Positions 1 to 10,580 of a DNA stretch of 64,000 bases are shown one piece after another. Position 1 is the first letter of the stretch; each line of letters begins with the position of its first letter. Origin of the DNA: Planctomycetota bacterium. GTDB taxonomy: Bacteria; Planctomycetota; PLA2; JAEUHO01. Made by a program: the position numbers and the translations under genes. Where the stretch lies: assembly GCA_965222115.1 (NCBI GenBank), contig CBDCTJ010000001.1:384001-448000 (forward strand). Direction: 5' to 3'. The notes beneath the pieces were generated by a model. That model was not told where the DNA came from, made no database searches, and was given only the letters and a program-made list of their open reading frames with translations.

Positions 1-321
1 AAGGTGACCGGAATACGAGATCAGTTCGCGCGGCGCAAGGACCACGTGAACGTGAGCAACGGGCGTGTTCTCTTCGCCGTGAATCGTAAGGCTGCCGGTG
101 AGACTCGAAACTTCCATCGGTTCGTCAAAGCGCCGTTTGACGTACTCGCCTGTATCGGGATCGAGAAACCCAAGCGTGGCTTGGCTGGTGCTGCCCAGGC
201 CCGTTACCCAGCCGTACACAATCTCCTCGTCGGCGGCAAGTTTGCGAAGCGAAGCGACGATTTCCTCGCCCGGGTCGAGCCGCACGATGTATCGACCGTC
301 TTCAATGGCTGCGAATCGCAT
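1..321 (-). CDS. PPC/DUF296 domain protein (3' end runs off window)
   Basis: Not in the ORF track; manual translation gives MRFAAIEDGRYIVRLDPGEEIVASL...GWVTGLGS...MEVSSLTGSL...AHVHVVL...YSGHL, the DUF296 pattern. GAGGAG lies upstream of the ATG at 321. Confidence 0.85.
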   Translation of the reverse strand, partial: MRFAAIEDGRYIVRLDPGEEIVASLRKLAADEEIVYGWVTGLGSTSQATLGFLDPDTGEYVKRRFDEPMEVSSLTGSLTIHGEENTPVAHVHVVLAPRELISYSGHL

Positions 322-464
322 ACGGTACTCCTCGACGACGCTGCCTTGGGTATACCCCCAATCCCGGCAGGTCGTGTGGAGTTCATCGAGTAGGCTGGGG
401 CCGCGCCACGATTCTAGAGTATGTCTCATGAATCGACGCACGGCACGCCAACCCGCGGGGTCCC

Positions 465-1391
465 TTGGTGCGTATTCACATCGTTATCAACCCCGTGGCC
501 GGTCGCGGACGTGGAGAGGAACTGTGTACGGCGACCGCAGACGCACTCCGTGCGCGCGGCGCAACTGTTTCACACTACGTTTCGCGCGCAGCGGGCGATA
601 TCGGCAACCACGTGCTCGCGATGGAACCCGGCCACTGCGACCGTATGGTGATTGGGGGCGGCGACGGAACGGTGGCCGAAGTGCTTAACTGTGGCCGCGA
701 CCTACACCATCCTGCAATTGGTGTACTGCCACTGGGCACCGCGAATCTCGCGGCGCGGGAACTCCGCATGCCCATCGGTCTGAAGATCGAACGATGGGCC
801 GAAGGCCTCCTGCGTGCGGAAGCGTGGACGGTGGATTTGATGCAGGCGACGACGTCGAGGGGCACCCAAGACAATCGCGCCTCGCGCCTTGCACTCGCCA
901 CCGTGGGCGCGGGCGCCGATGGCGCCGTGGTGCATGCCACGTCGAAAGCGCGTCGCTCACATGGCGGGTTTGGTGGCTACGCACGTTGGATCGCACCATC
1001 CATCAAGACACTCAGCGAGTTTGCGTTCCATCCGTTGGTCGTCACGCTGGACGCGTCACGTACAACGACCTGCTCGGCCATCGTTATCCAAAAGGCGGCT
1101 ACCTATGGCGGGTTGTTTCGGCTTAAGCCCACAGCAGGGCTCGACTCGGGACATATGCGCGTCTTCTTGTTGGATGCACGCGCGATGCGCGACTTCCCGC
1201 GCTATGCGCTTGGGGGACTCACTGCGCGCTTGCTGCGCTTCCGCGATGTGCGCTCCTACGCATGCGAGGTGGTACACGTGAAAAGCTCCGCACATGTTGC
1301 TGTGCAAGCCGACGGAGATCCCGCCGGACATACCGATCTCACGGTCTCGATCGTTCGCGGCGCCGCTACGTTGCTGCGGGCGCCTTCATAG
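465..1391 (+). CDS. Diacylglycerol/lipid kinase family protein (YegS/DagK-like)
   Basis: Motifs [24 protein letters not shown] and QADGD. Confidence 0.88.
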   Translation: MVRIHIVINPVAGRGRGEELCTATADALRARGATVSHYVSRAAGDIGNHVLAMEPGHCDRMVIGGGDGTVAEVLNCGRDLHHPAIGVLPLGTANLAARELRMPIGLKIERWAEGLLRAEAWTVDLMQATTSRGTQDNRASRLALATVGAGADGAVVHATSKARRSHGGFGGYARWIAPSIKTLSEFAFHPLVVTLDASRTTTCSAIVIQKAATYGGLFRLKPTAGLDSGHMRVFLLDARAMRDFPRYALGGLTARLLRFRDVRSYACEVVHVKSSAHVAVQADGDPAGHTDLTVSIVRGAATLLRAPS

Positions 1392-2238
1392 CGTTACGAA
1401 TCGCTGCGAGAGAACGTAGCAATGTGGGTGCCCATGCAAGGGGAACCATGTTGGGGCCATCGCTCTTGCCTTGGTCGGGATCTTCGTGCATTTCCATGAA
1501 GAATCCATCAACGCCTATGGCTGCTGCGGCGCGCGCGAGCGCAGGCACTTGGCGACGGTCACCGCCGCTCTTGGTTCCAAGGCCCCCGGGCCGCTGCACG
1601 CTGTGCGTGGCGTCAAAAATCACCGGATGGCCAAACGAGCGCATCACGGGCAATCCGCGCATGTCCACGACCAGATTGCCGTAGCCAAAGGTCGTACCGC
1701 GTTCCGTGAGCAATACGTTCTGCGCACCACCCGCGTGAAGCTTGCCAACGACTTGCTGCATGTCTTCGGGTGCCAAAAACTGCCCCTTCTTCACATTGAC
1801 AGCTTTCCCCGACGCTGCACATGCGGTGAGCAAGTCGGTTTGACGGCAAAGGAAGGCGGGAATCTGCAGGATGTCCACGACATCGGCGACCGCCGACACT
1901 TGCGTCACATCGTGAATGTCTGTGAGTACAGGGACGCCAACCTCACGGCGCACAGTGGCAAGCGTCTTCAATCCTTCGTCGAGCCCGGGACCACGAAACG
2001 AATCGATGCTGGTTCGATTGGCTTTGTCAAATGACGACTTGAAAACGAATTGGAAGCCGGCGTCACGAGCGATCTCACGAATCGCTTCGGCATGGCGCAA
2101 CGCACTGTCATGGCATTCGATGACACACGGGCCGGCAATCAGCAAGGGTGCATGACCGGGCCCCACACGAAGCGAATCGACGTGGCAAACGGATACGTGT
2201 TCATCACCGGTCGTGGGCATGGGGTAGGCGTCGGTCAT
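1366..2238 (-). CDS. kdsA: 3-deoxy-8-phosphooctulonate (KDO8P) synthase
   Basis: [45 protein letters not shown]. The ATG at 2238 overlaps the lysA stop (ATGA). Confidence 0.96.
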   Translation of the reverse strand: MTDAYPMPTTGDEHVSVCHVDSLRVGPGHAPLLIAGPCVIECHDSALRHAEAIREIARDAGFQFVFKSSFDKANRTSIDSFRGPGLDEGLKTLATVRREVGVPVLTDIHDVTQVSAVADVVDILQIPAFLCRQTDLLTACAASGKAVNVKKGQFLAPEDMQQVVGKLHAGGAQNVLLTERGTTFGYGNLVVDMRGLPVMRSFGHPVIFDATHSVQRPGGLGTKSGGDRRQVPALARAAAAIGVDGFFMEMHEDPDQGKSDGPNMVPLAWAPTLLRSLAAIRNAMKAPAAT

Positions 2239-3521
2239 GCGAGTTCCTTCCACGCGGGATTGGCATGCTCATGAGTACGCAACTCAGCCAACGTTTGCCG
2301 TGAGCGGATAAGCGCGACGCGCTCACCGTGCACCAACACCTCGGCGGGACGCGGGCGATCATTGTAGTTGCTCGCCATGGTGGATGCGTAGGCGCCGGTA
2401 CTCATCACGGCCAGGAGTTCTCCGCGCTGTACCAATGGCAGCGGACGATCCTTCGCGAAAAAATCCCCCGACTCGCACACGGGACCCACCACGTCACAGC
2501 GCGGCGCATTGCCTTCTTCACCAAGAGGCGGAGGCGGCGTGCCTCGCGCGGGCCAAATGCGATGGTACCCGTTGTACAAGCTTGGGCGAATCAAGTCGTT
2601 CATACCTGCATCAACGACAACGAAACGGCGATCGCCGCTGGACTTGTTAAGAACCACTTCTGTCAACATGACGCCCGCGTTTCCAACAATCACTCGACCG
2701 GGTTCCATGATGAGCTTGTACCGCGCGTGCTCAAAGAGAGGCGCAATCTGCTGGGCATAGTCGGTAAACGCGGGCACGTCTTCGTCGCGGTAGTAGATGC
2801 CATAGCCGCCGCCCATATTGATCCACTCGATCTGTTTGCCGGCGGCACCCAAAGACGAGGCAAACTCAAGCACCCGTCGTACCGCACGCGTATGGGGCTC
2901 CACCGTCGTGATCTGACTCCCAATATGGCACTGTACGCCGCGCAGCGAAAGCGCAGGATGGGTTCGAATTCGCACCGCCAAGGCGCTTGCGCGCTCAAGA
3001 TCCACGCCAAACTTGCTCTCGCGCTGCCCGGTGGCGATGTAGCGATGGGTCTTGGGGTCCACATCGGGATTAACGCGAATGGCAATACGCGCTTCAGCAC
3101 CCACGCGCGACGCCATATCGCCTAAGATGCCGACCTCCGCCTCGCTCTCGACATTGAACAGTAGCACACCGGCATCCATGGCGGCCGCCATTTCGTCGTC
3201 GCGTTTGCCAACACCGCTAAAGACGATGCGATCGGGCTTGCAACCAATACTTAGTACTCGTTCCAGTTCGCCAACACTGACAATGTCAAACCCGCACCCA
3301 AGTGAGCGAAGCAGTTCAAGAATCGCGAGGTTCGAGTTGGCCTTGACCGCATAACAAATGAGCGGCGACACCGATGCGAATGCGTCTTGGATGGACTTGA
3401 CATGATCGCGAATGGTCTGGGATGAGTAAACGAAGAGCGGCGTGCCAAACGTGCGCCCGAGCGTTTCCAACGGAATCCCCTCGCAGAAGAGTTCTCCGTC
3501 GCGATAGTGAAACTGGTCCAT
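2235..3521 (-). CDS. lysA: Diaminopimelate decarboxylase
   Basis: YAVKAN (PLP lysine), [30 protein letters not shown]. Likely start is MDQFHY. Confidence 0.96.
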   Translation of the reverse strand: MDQFHYRDGELFCEGIPLETLGRTFGTPLFVYSSQTIRDHVKSIQDAFASVSPLICYAVKANSNLAILELLRSLGCGFDIVSVGELERVLSIGCKPDRIVFSGVGKRDDEMAAAMDAGVLLFNVESEAEVGILGDMASRVGAEARIAIRVNPDVDPKTHRYIATGQRESKFGVDLERASALAVRIRTHPALSLRGVQCHIGSQITTVEPHTRAVRRVLEFASSLGAAGKQIEWINMGGGYGIYYRDEDVPAFTDYAQQIAPLFEHARYKLIMEPGRVIVGNAGVMLTEVVLNKSSGDRRFVVVDAGMNDLIRPSLYNGYHRIWPARGTPPPPLGEEGNAPRCDVVGPVCESGDFFAKDRPLPLVQRGELLAVMSTGAYASTMASNYNDRPRPAEVLVHGERVALIRSRQTLAELRTHEHANPAWKELA

Positions 3522-3617
3522 AGGCGTGGAAGCGTACCCTCGTACACGGCATGGGCGCGCTCGCGGCGGCAAGAATACGGGCGAAATCGACTTGTCGATC
3601 GATGGTATCGTCGCTGT

Positions 3618-5909
3618 ATGGCGACAAAGAAACGAAGTTGGCGTTGGCGGCGGGCAGCGTGGCTGCCCTGCGCGGTCGTATCGACGGTTGCGGTACTTGG
3701 CGCCTGCGGAGGAAGTGGCGGCGGCAGCGGCGACGCAGGCGGAGGTGCCACGCTGCCATATGGGCTCGCGTCGCGCACGCCACTGGCGGCCCATGGGTTT
3801 CCAGGCGTGCCTCCCACGCCGCGTCCGGTGGACGTGGAACCCGCCTACCCAAACGTGAGCTTTCAAACCCCCATCTACCTCACATCGGCGCAGGTGCCCG
3901 ACGGGTCGTCATGGATGTTTGCCGTGCAGCAAGGCGGCATCATTCGCGTGTTTCGAAACGACGACACGATTTTAAACGCACAAGCCACCAACTTCCTCGA
4001 CATCACTTCATTGGTCACGTTCTCGGGTGAACAAGGACTCTTAGGCCTAACGTTTGATCCCGACTTTGGAACGCCGGGAGATGCCCATGAGGGCGAGTTC
4101 TACGTGCACTACTCCGCAAGTACACCGCGACGATCCGTTATTGCACGTTTCACGGCCACCTTCCCTGCAGGGCAAGCCCCGGTCGTAACCAACACCACGC
4201 CCGAAGTCATCCTTGAGGTGTCGCAACCCTATTCCAATCACAACGCGGGAAGCATTGAGTTTGGACCGGATGACTACCTCTACATCGCGATGGGCGATGG
4301 CGGCTCCGGCGGCGATCCGCAAAATCATGCGCAGAACCTTGGCGACCACTTGGGCGCATTTCTGCGCATTGATCCGCGCAACCCTCCGCCTGGTCAAATG
4401 TATGCCATACCACCCGACAATCCGTTTGTCGGCAATCCAAACGCGCTTGACGAGATCTGGGCGTACGGTTTTCGAAACCCCTTCCGCTTTTCGTTCGATG
4501 CGCTGACCGGTGACTTGTGGGCCGGTGATGTGGGACAGGTCACGCGCGAAGAAATCGATCTTGTTACGCGCGGCGGTAACTACGGATGGCGCGTGTACGA
4601 AGGCAACGTGGAATTCAACAATCCAAGCAGCTTGCCGCCCGATGCGTTCGTGGCCCCCATCATTGACTACCCACGTTCGTTGGGATCCACCGTGGTGGGT
4701 GGTTATGTCTACCGGGGCCAAGACGTGCCGAGCCTTTCGGGTGCGTACGTCTACGCCGACTTCGGATCCGGACGTGTGTGGGCGTTGACCTACGACGGCA
4801 CGGCGGTCACGTCCAACACGGAGATTCAGTCGATCAATTCGATAGCGGGATTCGGTGAGGACGAGCGCGGGGAGCTCTACGCCGTCACGATCGGCGGCAC
4901 GATCTATCGCTTTGTGGAACCGGCGGGAGGGCCTCCGACGACGGTGCCGGCCAAACTCAGTGACACGGGGTTGTTTACGAACCTCGCCACGCTCACTCCC
5001 ACTGCAGGGCTCATTCCCTACGACCTCAACTCCGCACTTTACTCCGATGACGCGTTCAAACGTCGCTGGATCGGCCTGCCGGGGACGAGCACCATGACGT
5101 TTTCGCCCGGAGGCAACTGGTCATTCCCCGTCGGGACTGTGTTGGTGAAGCACTTCGAGTTGGAGGAAACGGTTGGCGACCCCTCGTCCCGACGGCGGAT
5201 TGAAACGCGCGTGCTAATTCACGGGACATCCGAGTGGCTGGGCTACACCTATCGCTGGAATGCGGCGCAGACCGACGCGGACTTGATGGACACGTCAATG
5301 GATGAGGACTTCGTGATAAGCGACGCGTCAGCACCCGGCGGATCGCGTTCGCAGACGTGGCACTACCCGAGTCGAACCGAGTGCATGCAATGCCATACGC
5401 AAGCGGCGGGGCGGGTCTTGGGTGTGCGTACGGGTCAAGTCAACCGCGATTACAACTATGCGGCGGCCACCGACAATCAGTTGCGCACATGGAATCACAT
5501 TGGCCTGTTTTCAAATGACCTGTTCCCGGTCATGCCCGAGGATCCCTCGCTCTACACCGCGTGGCCAAATCCCGAAGATGGGTCGGCGTCGCTCTCATCT
5601 CGTGCGCGCGCCTACTTAGCGGCCAACTGCGCGCAGTGCCACCTGCCATCGGGACCGGCGCCGGGGGATCTTGACTTGCGCTATGCCACGGCGCGAAGCG
5701 CTATGAACGCCATCGACGTTCGACCGCAGAGCGGCGACCTTGGCCTTAGCGACGCCTATATCATTCGCACCGACGTCAAGGAAGACAGCGTGCTCTGGGA
5801 ACGCATGCGCCGTCTCGACAACACCCGCATGCCCCGCATCGGTTCGCTCCGCGTCCACCAATCCGCCGTGGATCTCATCGGCACCTGGATCGACGCCGGC
5901 GCCCCTTAG
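3618..5909 (+). CDS. Lipoprotein: PQQ-dependent glucose/sorbosone dehydrogenase-type beta-propeller fused to a di-haem c domain
   Basis: Lipobox VLGA-C followed by a Gly linker; GEQGLLGL, HNAGSIEFGPD, GFRNPFRFSFD, GNYGW; two CXXCH motifs (CMQCH, CAQCH). Confidence 0.85.
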   Translation: MATKKRSWRWRRAAWLPCAVVSTVAVLGACGGSGGGSGDAGGGATLPYGLASRTPLAAHGFPGVPPTPRPVDVEPAYPNVSFQTPIYLTSAQVPDGSSWMFAVQQGGIIRVFRNDDTILNAQATNFLDITSLVTFSGEQGLLGLTFDPDFGTPGDAHEGEFYVHYSASTPRRSVIARFTATFPAGQAPVVTNTTPEVILEVSQPYSNHNAGSIEFGPDDYLYIAMGDGGSGGDPQNHAQNLGDHLGAFLRIDPRNPPPGQMYAIPPDNPFVGNPNALDEIWAYGFRNPFRFSFDALTGDLWAGDVGQVTREEIDLVTRGGNYGWRVYEGNVEFNNPSSLPPDAFVAPIIDYPRSLGSTVVGGYVYRGQDVPSLSGAYVYADFGSGRVWALTYDGTAVTSNTEIQSINSIAGFGEDERGELYAVTIGGTIYRFVEPAGGPPTTVPAKLSDTGLFTNLATLTPTAGLIPYDLNSALYSDDAFKRRWIGLPGTSTMTFSPGGNWSFPVGTVLVKHFELEETVGDPSSRRRIETRVLIHGTSEWLGYTYRWNAAQTDADLMDTSMDEDFVISDASAPGGSRSQTWHYPSRTECMQCHTQAAGRVLGVRTGQVNRDYNYAAATDNQLRTWNHIGLFSNDLFPVMPEDPSLYTAWPNPEDGSASLSSRARAYLAANCAQCHLPSGPAPGDLDLRYATARSAMNAIDVRPQSGDLGLSDAYIIRTDVKEDSVLWERMRRLDNTRMPRIGSLRVHQSAVDLIGTWIDAGAP

Positions 5910-5949
5910 CCCGGACGATTCGCCAAGATTACCTGGTATAAGCGGCGCG

Positions 5950-6894
5950 TTAGTTGGGGAAGAAAGGCTGTTTGGCGGGCGGGGGATTGAGGAGCTTGTG
6001 GCGCTCGCCGTCGCCTTCTTCGGCGATGCGTTCGAGATGTTCGCGTAGGCGGCCAAGGGTCTTGGTGTGAATCTGACACACGCGACTCTCGGAGATGCCC
6101 ATAACGCGGCCAATCTCTTTCATCGTGAGTCGCTCTTGGTAGTAGAGCGCGATTACCGTTTGTTGCGGCTTGGACAGCACGCCCACGACGGAGTGCGCGA
6201 GGTCTTCGGCAACCATCTTTGAGAAAGGCGCTTCACTATCACGATCCATGAGTGCATCGAGCTTGCGAAGCACGCGCGGATCATCATCACGCTCGTCTTG
6301 ATGGCAAAGTGTATAGACGCTGGTCATATTCGACTCACGGCGAAGCTTCTGTGTTTCGCTGTGTGTGGAACCGAGCAGTTCGGCGACTTCGTGATCACTG
6401 GGTTCGCGGCAAAGTTCTTTGCGCAGGTGCGTGACAGCCTTGTTGTAGGTGCTCGCGCGGTTGCGAACCAAACGCGGTACCCAGTCCTGCGAACGAAGCT
6501 CATCGAGAATCGCACCACGAACACGTGTTGAGCAATACGACTCAAAGGGAGTGCCGCGCGAGAGGTCGTAGTTCTCGATGGCACTCATGAGACCAAAGAC
6601 ACCTGCGCTGCGGAGGTCCTGCACGTCGATCGAACGCGGTAGGCGTGACGCAACGCGATTGCCGATCATGCGTACGAGATAAAGGTAGTGCTCGATCAGT
6701 TGGTCACGCAGACGGCGATCGCCCGAGGTCTTGTAGGCACGCCATACGGGCGTGAGGTCCTTCTTGGGGTGACGTGAACTCCGGCGACGGCGCCTGCGAG
6801 GGGGGCGGCTCTTGGCCGTTCGGGCCGGTGGTGTATCAAAGGGCAGTGTGGGGACTGAGCGGGTCTTCGTGCCGGATTCTGTCTTCATTGCCAT
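5950..6894 (-). CDS. fliA: RNA polymerase sigma factor, FliA/WhiG (sigma-28) family
   Basis: DLRSAGVFGL, RVRGAILDELRSQDWVPR, LTMKEIGRVMGISESRVCQIH. Start estimated at MAMKTE. Confidence 0.88.
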   Translation of the reverse strand: MAMKTESGTKTRSVPTLPFDTPPARTAKSRPPRRRRRRSSRHPKKDLTPVWRAYKTSGDRRLRDQLIEHYLYLVRMIGNRVASRLPRSIDVQDLRSAGVFGLMSAIENYDLSRGTPFESYCSTRVRGAILDELRSQDWVPRLVRNRASTYNKAVTHLRKELCREPSDHEVAELLGSTHSETQKLRRESNMTSVYTLCHQDERDDDPRVLRKLDALMDRDSEAPFSKMVAEDLAHSVVGVLSKPQQTVIALYYQERLTMKEIGRVMGISESRVCQIHTKTLGRLREHLERIAEEGDGERHKLLNPPPAKQPFFPN

Positions 6895-7372
6895 CCATCC
6901 ACCTGGGGGTGAGCTGCCGATCCCGGGGAACCCCAGGGGGCACGGCGCGCGACTGCCTCCTCCGGCGCCCAGGGCCCTCCAGAGCCCGTTCATTTGGGCG
7001 CCACGCGGATTTCGCGCGCCGATGGGAGGATCCTGCCGCTCAAATCTCAAAGTCCCAAGCCCAAAAGACCGACGTAATAGGCACTTGGAGGCATTGGACG
7101 GCCTGGGATCGACCACCATAAAATGCGGTTTTGGTGGTGTTATTGCCTTAATTCTACAAGATATGGGGTACCAACAACACACGACGCCGACAAAACGCTA
7201 CTTGTCACAACAACGTAATTTGGTCCAAATTCGGCAAAAACTACCCCATTGACTCTCAAGTAACACGACCCAGGGACACTCCGGAGCGGCCAGAGAATGG
7301 GGACCTTCGGGGCGCTAACCCGGGTACCGTCGCCCACCGCCGAATCGTTTCGATTGGCATAGGGAGCCCGTC

Positions 7373-8713
7373 ATGGCTGACCATATGGACCGCGTTGTCG
7401 CCCTCACCAAGCGCCGGGGGTTCGTCTACCCCTCCTCCGACATCTACGGCGGATTCCAGGCCACCTACGACTACGGCCCAGCCGGTGTGGAACTCAAGCG
7501 CCTCATCAAACAGGACTGGTGGGATACCAACGTACGAGGTCGCGACGACGTGGTGGGCTTGGATGCGTCGATTTTGATGTCGCCCAAAGTGTGGGAAGCA
7601 TCGGGTCATGTAAGCGGCTTCAACGATCCATTGATTGATTGCAAAACGTGCAAGGCGCGCTTTCGAGCGGACAAAATGGACGGTGCGCGTTGCCTGAAGA
7701 AGCCTTCGAAGTCGCCCCATGAATGCGGCGGTGAACTCACGGAACCGCGTCAGTTCAACATGATGTTTAAGACCAAAGCGGGGCCCGTGGATGACACCGC
7801 CGCCGACTGTTACCTACGTCCCGAAACGGCGCAAGGCATCTTCGTGAACTTCAAAAACGTAATGGAAACCACGCGCGTCAAGATTCCATTCGGCATTGGC
7901 CAAATTGGAAAAGCATTCCGCAATGAAATCGTGACCGGCAACCAACTCTTTCGTATGCGCGAGTTTGAGCAAATGGAACTTGAGTTCTTCTGCAAGCCGG
8001 GCACCGAAGGCGAATGGTTTGAGTATTGGCGCGCCGAACGCTTGCGTTGGTGGCAAGACCTTGGCGTGCGCAAGAGCAAGTTGCGCATTCACGACCACGG
8101 CGAAGGCGATCTCGCCCACTACGCCGCGGCATGCGGTGACGTGGAGTACGAATACCCGTGGGGCTGGGACGAAGTCGAAGGCATTGCATCGCGCACCGAC
8201 TATGACTTGAGCCAGCACCAGGAACACAGCGGCAAGAAGCTCACCTATCAAGACGAGGAAACGCGCGAATGGACGGTTCCGTACGTGATTGAACCTTCGG
8301 CCGGTGTGGATCGTTGCTTCCTGACGATTCTCTGCGACGCCTACGAAGAGGAGGTCAAACCCAACGGCGAAAAGCGCACCGTGCTTCACATCCATCCCAA
8401 GCTTGCCCCCGTACAGGTGGCCATCTTCCCGCTCGTTAAGAAGGACGGGTTGCCGGAGAAGGCGCGTGAGTTGCAAAGCACATTACGTACTTCCTTGCGC
8501 TGCATGTATGACCAAGGCGGTTCCGTAGGGCGACGCTACAGTCGCGCCGATGAGGCGGGCGTGCCCTTCTGCATAACGCTCGACAGTGAGACCAATGAGA
8601 AGGGCACCGTCACTGTGCGCGATCGCGACTCCATGAGCCAAGATCGGGTTGCGATCGACAACTTGACGGCGCATCTCCACGAGCGCATAGCCTCGTGGAC
8701 GCGCGGCGAGTAG
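7373..8713 (+). CDS. glyQS: Glycine--tRNA ligase (homodimeric alpha2 type)
   Basis: YDYGPAG, WEASGH, YLRPETAQG, GKAFRNEI, REFEQME, VIEPSAG and a C-terminal anticodon-binding domain. Confidence 0.97.
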   Translation: MADHMDRVVALTKRRGFVYPSSDIYGGFQATYDYGPAGVELKRLIKQDWWDTNVRGRDDVVGLDASILMSPKVWEASGHVSGFNDPLIDCKTCKARFRADKMDGARCLKKPSKSPHECGGELTEPRQFNMMFKTKAGPVDDTAADCYLRPETAQGIFVNFKNVMETTRVKIPFGIGQIGKAFRNEIVTGNQLFRMREFEQMELEFFCKPGTEGEWFEYWRAERLRWWQDLGVRKSKLRIHDHGEGDLAHYAAACGDVEYEYPWGWDEVEGIASRTDYDLSQHQEHSGKKLTYQDEETREWTVPYVIEPSAGVDRCFLTILCDAYEEEVKPNGEKRTVLHIHPKLAPVQVAIFPLVKKDGLPEKARELQSTLRTSLRCMYDQGGSVGRRYSRADEAGVPFCITLDSETNEKGTVTVRDRDSMSQDRVAIDNLTAHLHERIASWTRGE

Positions 8714-8719
8714 CGACGA

Positions 8720-10462
8720 TTACTTGAGAAGCTCTCGATCCAGGCGCCAGCGGGTGTTGTTGGGACTGTCGTTTAGGGCCTTGTCGAATGCATCGCGTGC
8801 AGCGGCTACGTCGCCCTGGTCACGGAGTATGTAGGCGAGCGCCGCGTACTGGGAGGCATCACCACCATCTAGGGTGACTGCACGCAAATTATCCACCGCC
8901 TTAACGGGATCATGCCGCGCAAGAAGGCGCCACGTCCACTCATCTGCATGGCCTTCTTTTTGCGCACGAGCGAACAATGCCTGTGCTTGCTGCTTATCGC
9001 CCTTGGCGGCATGCGACAATCCAAGCACGACTAGCCCAACAGACTCCGCATCGTCTTCTTTGAGTGATGATGAGAGTGTTCGTAGCGCCTTAGACTCATC
9101 AATTCCAAGCATCGCGGAAATCCACTCGCCATCGGATTGGTCTTTGCTGTGTGCAAGTTCGTAGAAACCCATGGCATCACTCGTCTTGCCGGTCGCAGCC
9201 AGCGCACGGGCATAGATCCCCAAGACCTCGTCGCCAAACGAACTCGGCTCCCACTCTCCAATGTGTGCCTGCAGGTACGTCGCTGTGCGCGCGGGATCTA
9301 GGCGCACCAATGCACTCAGCCACTCGCTATCTTCTGGGTCGAATGACAGAGCGCGCAAGTAGGCGTCCGCGGCCTCTTCGAGCTGGCCGTTTCGCGCAAG
9401 TGCTTTCGCATACACGCCAATGGACTCATCGTCGCGCGAGTTTGCTAGGACCTCTCGCATGACCGACAACGCTCGCTTGGGATCCTCATTGAGTAAGTCT
9501 TCGAGCCAATCGTCACCTGGATCCTGACGAATGGCCATCTCATCGGCGTCCATGGCCCCCGCCAAATCACCCGCCTCGCGTCGAATGCTGGCAAGTAGCT
9601 TCCAAAGTGCTGCATCATCCGGTGCGCCCCTGATCTTTGTCTCGAGGTACGCGCTTGCGGCGGCGAAATCAATGGTCGCCCACAGCCCAACAAGCTCTTC
9701 GTCGTCATCCACTTCGGCGACCCCAATTCTCAGTAGCAAGCTCGCCGCAGTCTTTCGATCGACTTCAATCATCGATTTCGCGACTTCGAGAAATTGCACG
9801 TCGCCCCAGTGTTCTGTTCGCTCGGCCAAATCCAGACTTGCGGCAACAGCAGCATCGGGCTCGGCCTTCAGATAGATGTCCAACAAGTAGGCATGTTGTC
9901 TCTCATGCGCGGGCAGCGATTCACGGGCGGCTTTGGCCGCTCCAGAGGAATCGCCACGACTGAGGAAGAAGCTGGCGATTTTCCAGCCTGAGGACCAGTA
10001 GCTCGAATCCCTCACAAGGAACGCGCGCAGGGAAGCAACTTGTTCGGACGTGGGAAGCAATTTGAGTACATCCAAAACGTCATCGATGGCACAAGAGAGT
10101 TCGGCGCCCACATCGAACATGCGATGCATATCGTCGTACCTTCCGGCAATCGCATACAATGACGCCAACGCCTTCCACCCTCGCGAAAGACTTGCCTCAT
10201 CCCACGTGCCGGACTCATTCTCAAATTCCGTAAGTAGCTCCCGCCCGCGTTCACTGAGCACAACGACAGGAGGGCCCTCTTTCTGCTCGTTCTCAACCTC
10301 TCCGTCGAGCGATGCCTTGGACGCAAGCGTCACGGCGCCAGACTCGCCGAGATGTTCTGCAGTCAGTTCACCTTTCGCTGCTTCGTCACTCGCCGTTAAC
10401 CAAACACACAACGCCCCCACCGCCAAGCCCAACACAAAGAAGATGAGAGAAGAGAAGCGCAT
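8720..10462 (-). CDS. Membrane-anchored TPR-like repeat protein
   Basis: N-terminal hydrophobic helix followed by repeated TPR-like units (e.g. YAKALARNGQLEEAADAYLRALSFDPED). Confidence 0.75.
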   Translation of the reverse strand: MRFSSLIFFVLGLAVGALCVWLTASDEAAKGELTAEHLGESGAVTLASKASLDGEVENEQKEGPPVVVLSERGRELLTEFENESGTWDEASLSRGWKALASLYAIAGRYDDMHRMFDVGAELSCAIDDVLDVLKLLPTSEQVASLRAFLVRDSSYWSSGWKIASFFLSRGDSSGAAKAARESLPAHERQHAYLLDIYLKAEPDAAVAASLDLAERTEHWGDVQFLEVAKSMIEVDRKTAASLLLRIGVAEVDDDEELVGLWATIDFAAASAYLETKIRGAPDDAALWKLLASIRREAGDLAGAMDADEMAIRQDPGDDWLEDLLNEDPKRALSVMREVLANSRDDESIGVYAKALARNGQLEEAADAYLRALSFDPEDSEWLSALVRLDPARTATYLQAHIGEWEPSSFGDEVLGIYARALAATGKTSDAMGFYELAHSKDQSDGEWISAMLGIDESKALRTLSSSLKEDDAESVGLVVLGLSHAAKGDKQQAQALFARAQKEGHADEWTWRLLARHDPVKAVDNLRAVTLDGGDASQYAALAYILRDQGDVAAARDAFDKALNDSPNNTRWRLDRELLK

Positions 10463-10580
10463 GACGTCGTCGAATAAGAGCTTAGCCGACCGTCACGCAC
10501 CGAGCCTCCATCGCCCATGTCAAGCGGGCGAATTCGACTCAACGTCACGAGCACGAATGATGTGACGATCCGCTCTTGCG

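Noticed and set aside
4-393. 129-aa plus-strand ORF
   Set aside because: It is antisense to a recognisable DUF296 gene at 1..321 on the minus strand.
7233-7248. GG-N10-GC on the minus strand upstream of fliA
   Set aside because: It lacks the CAC of the -24 element and lies ~340 bp from the start; too weak to call.
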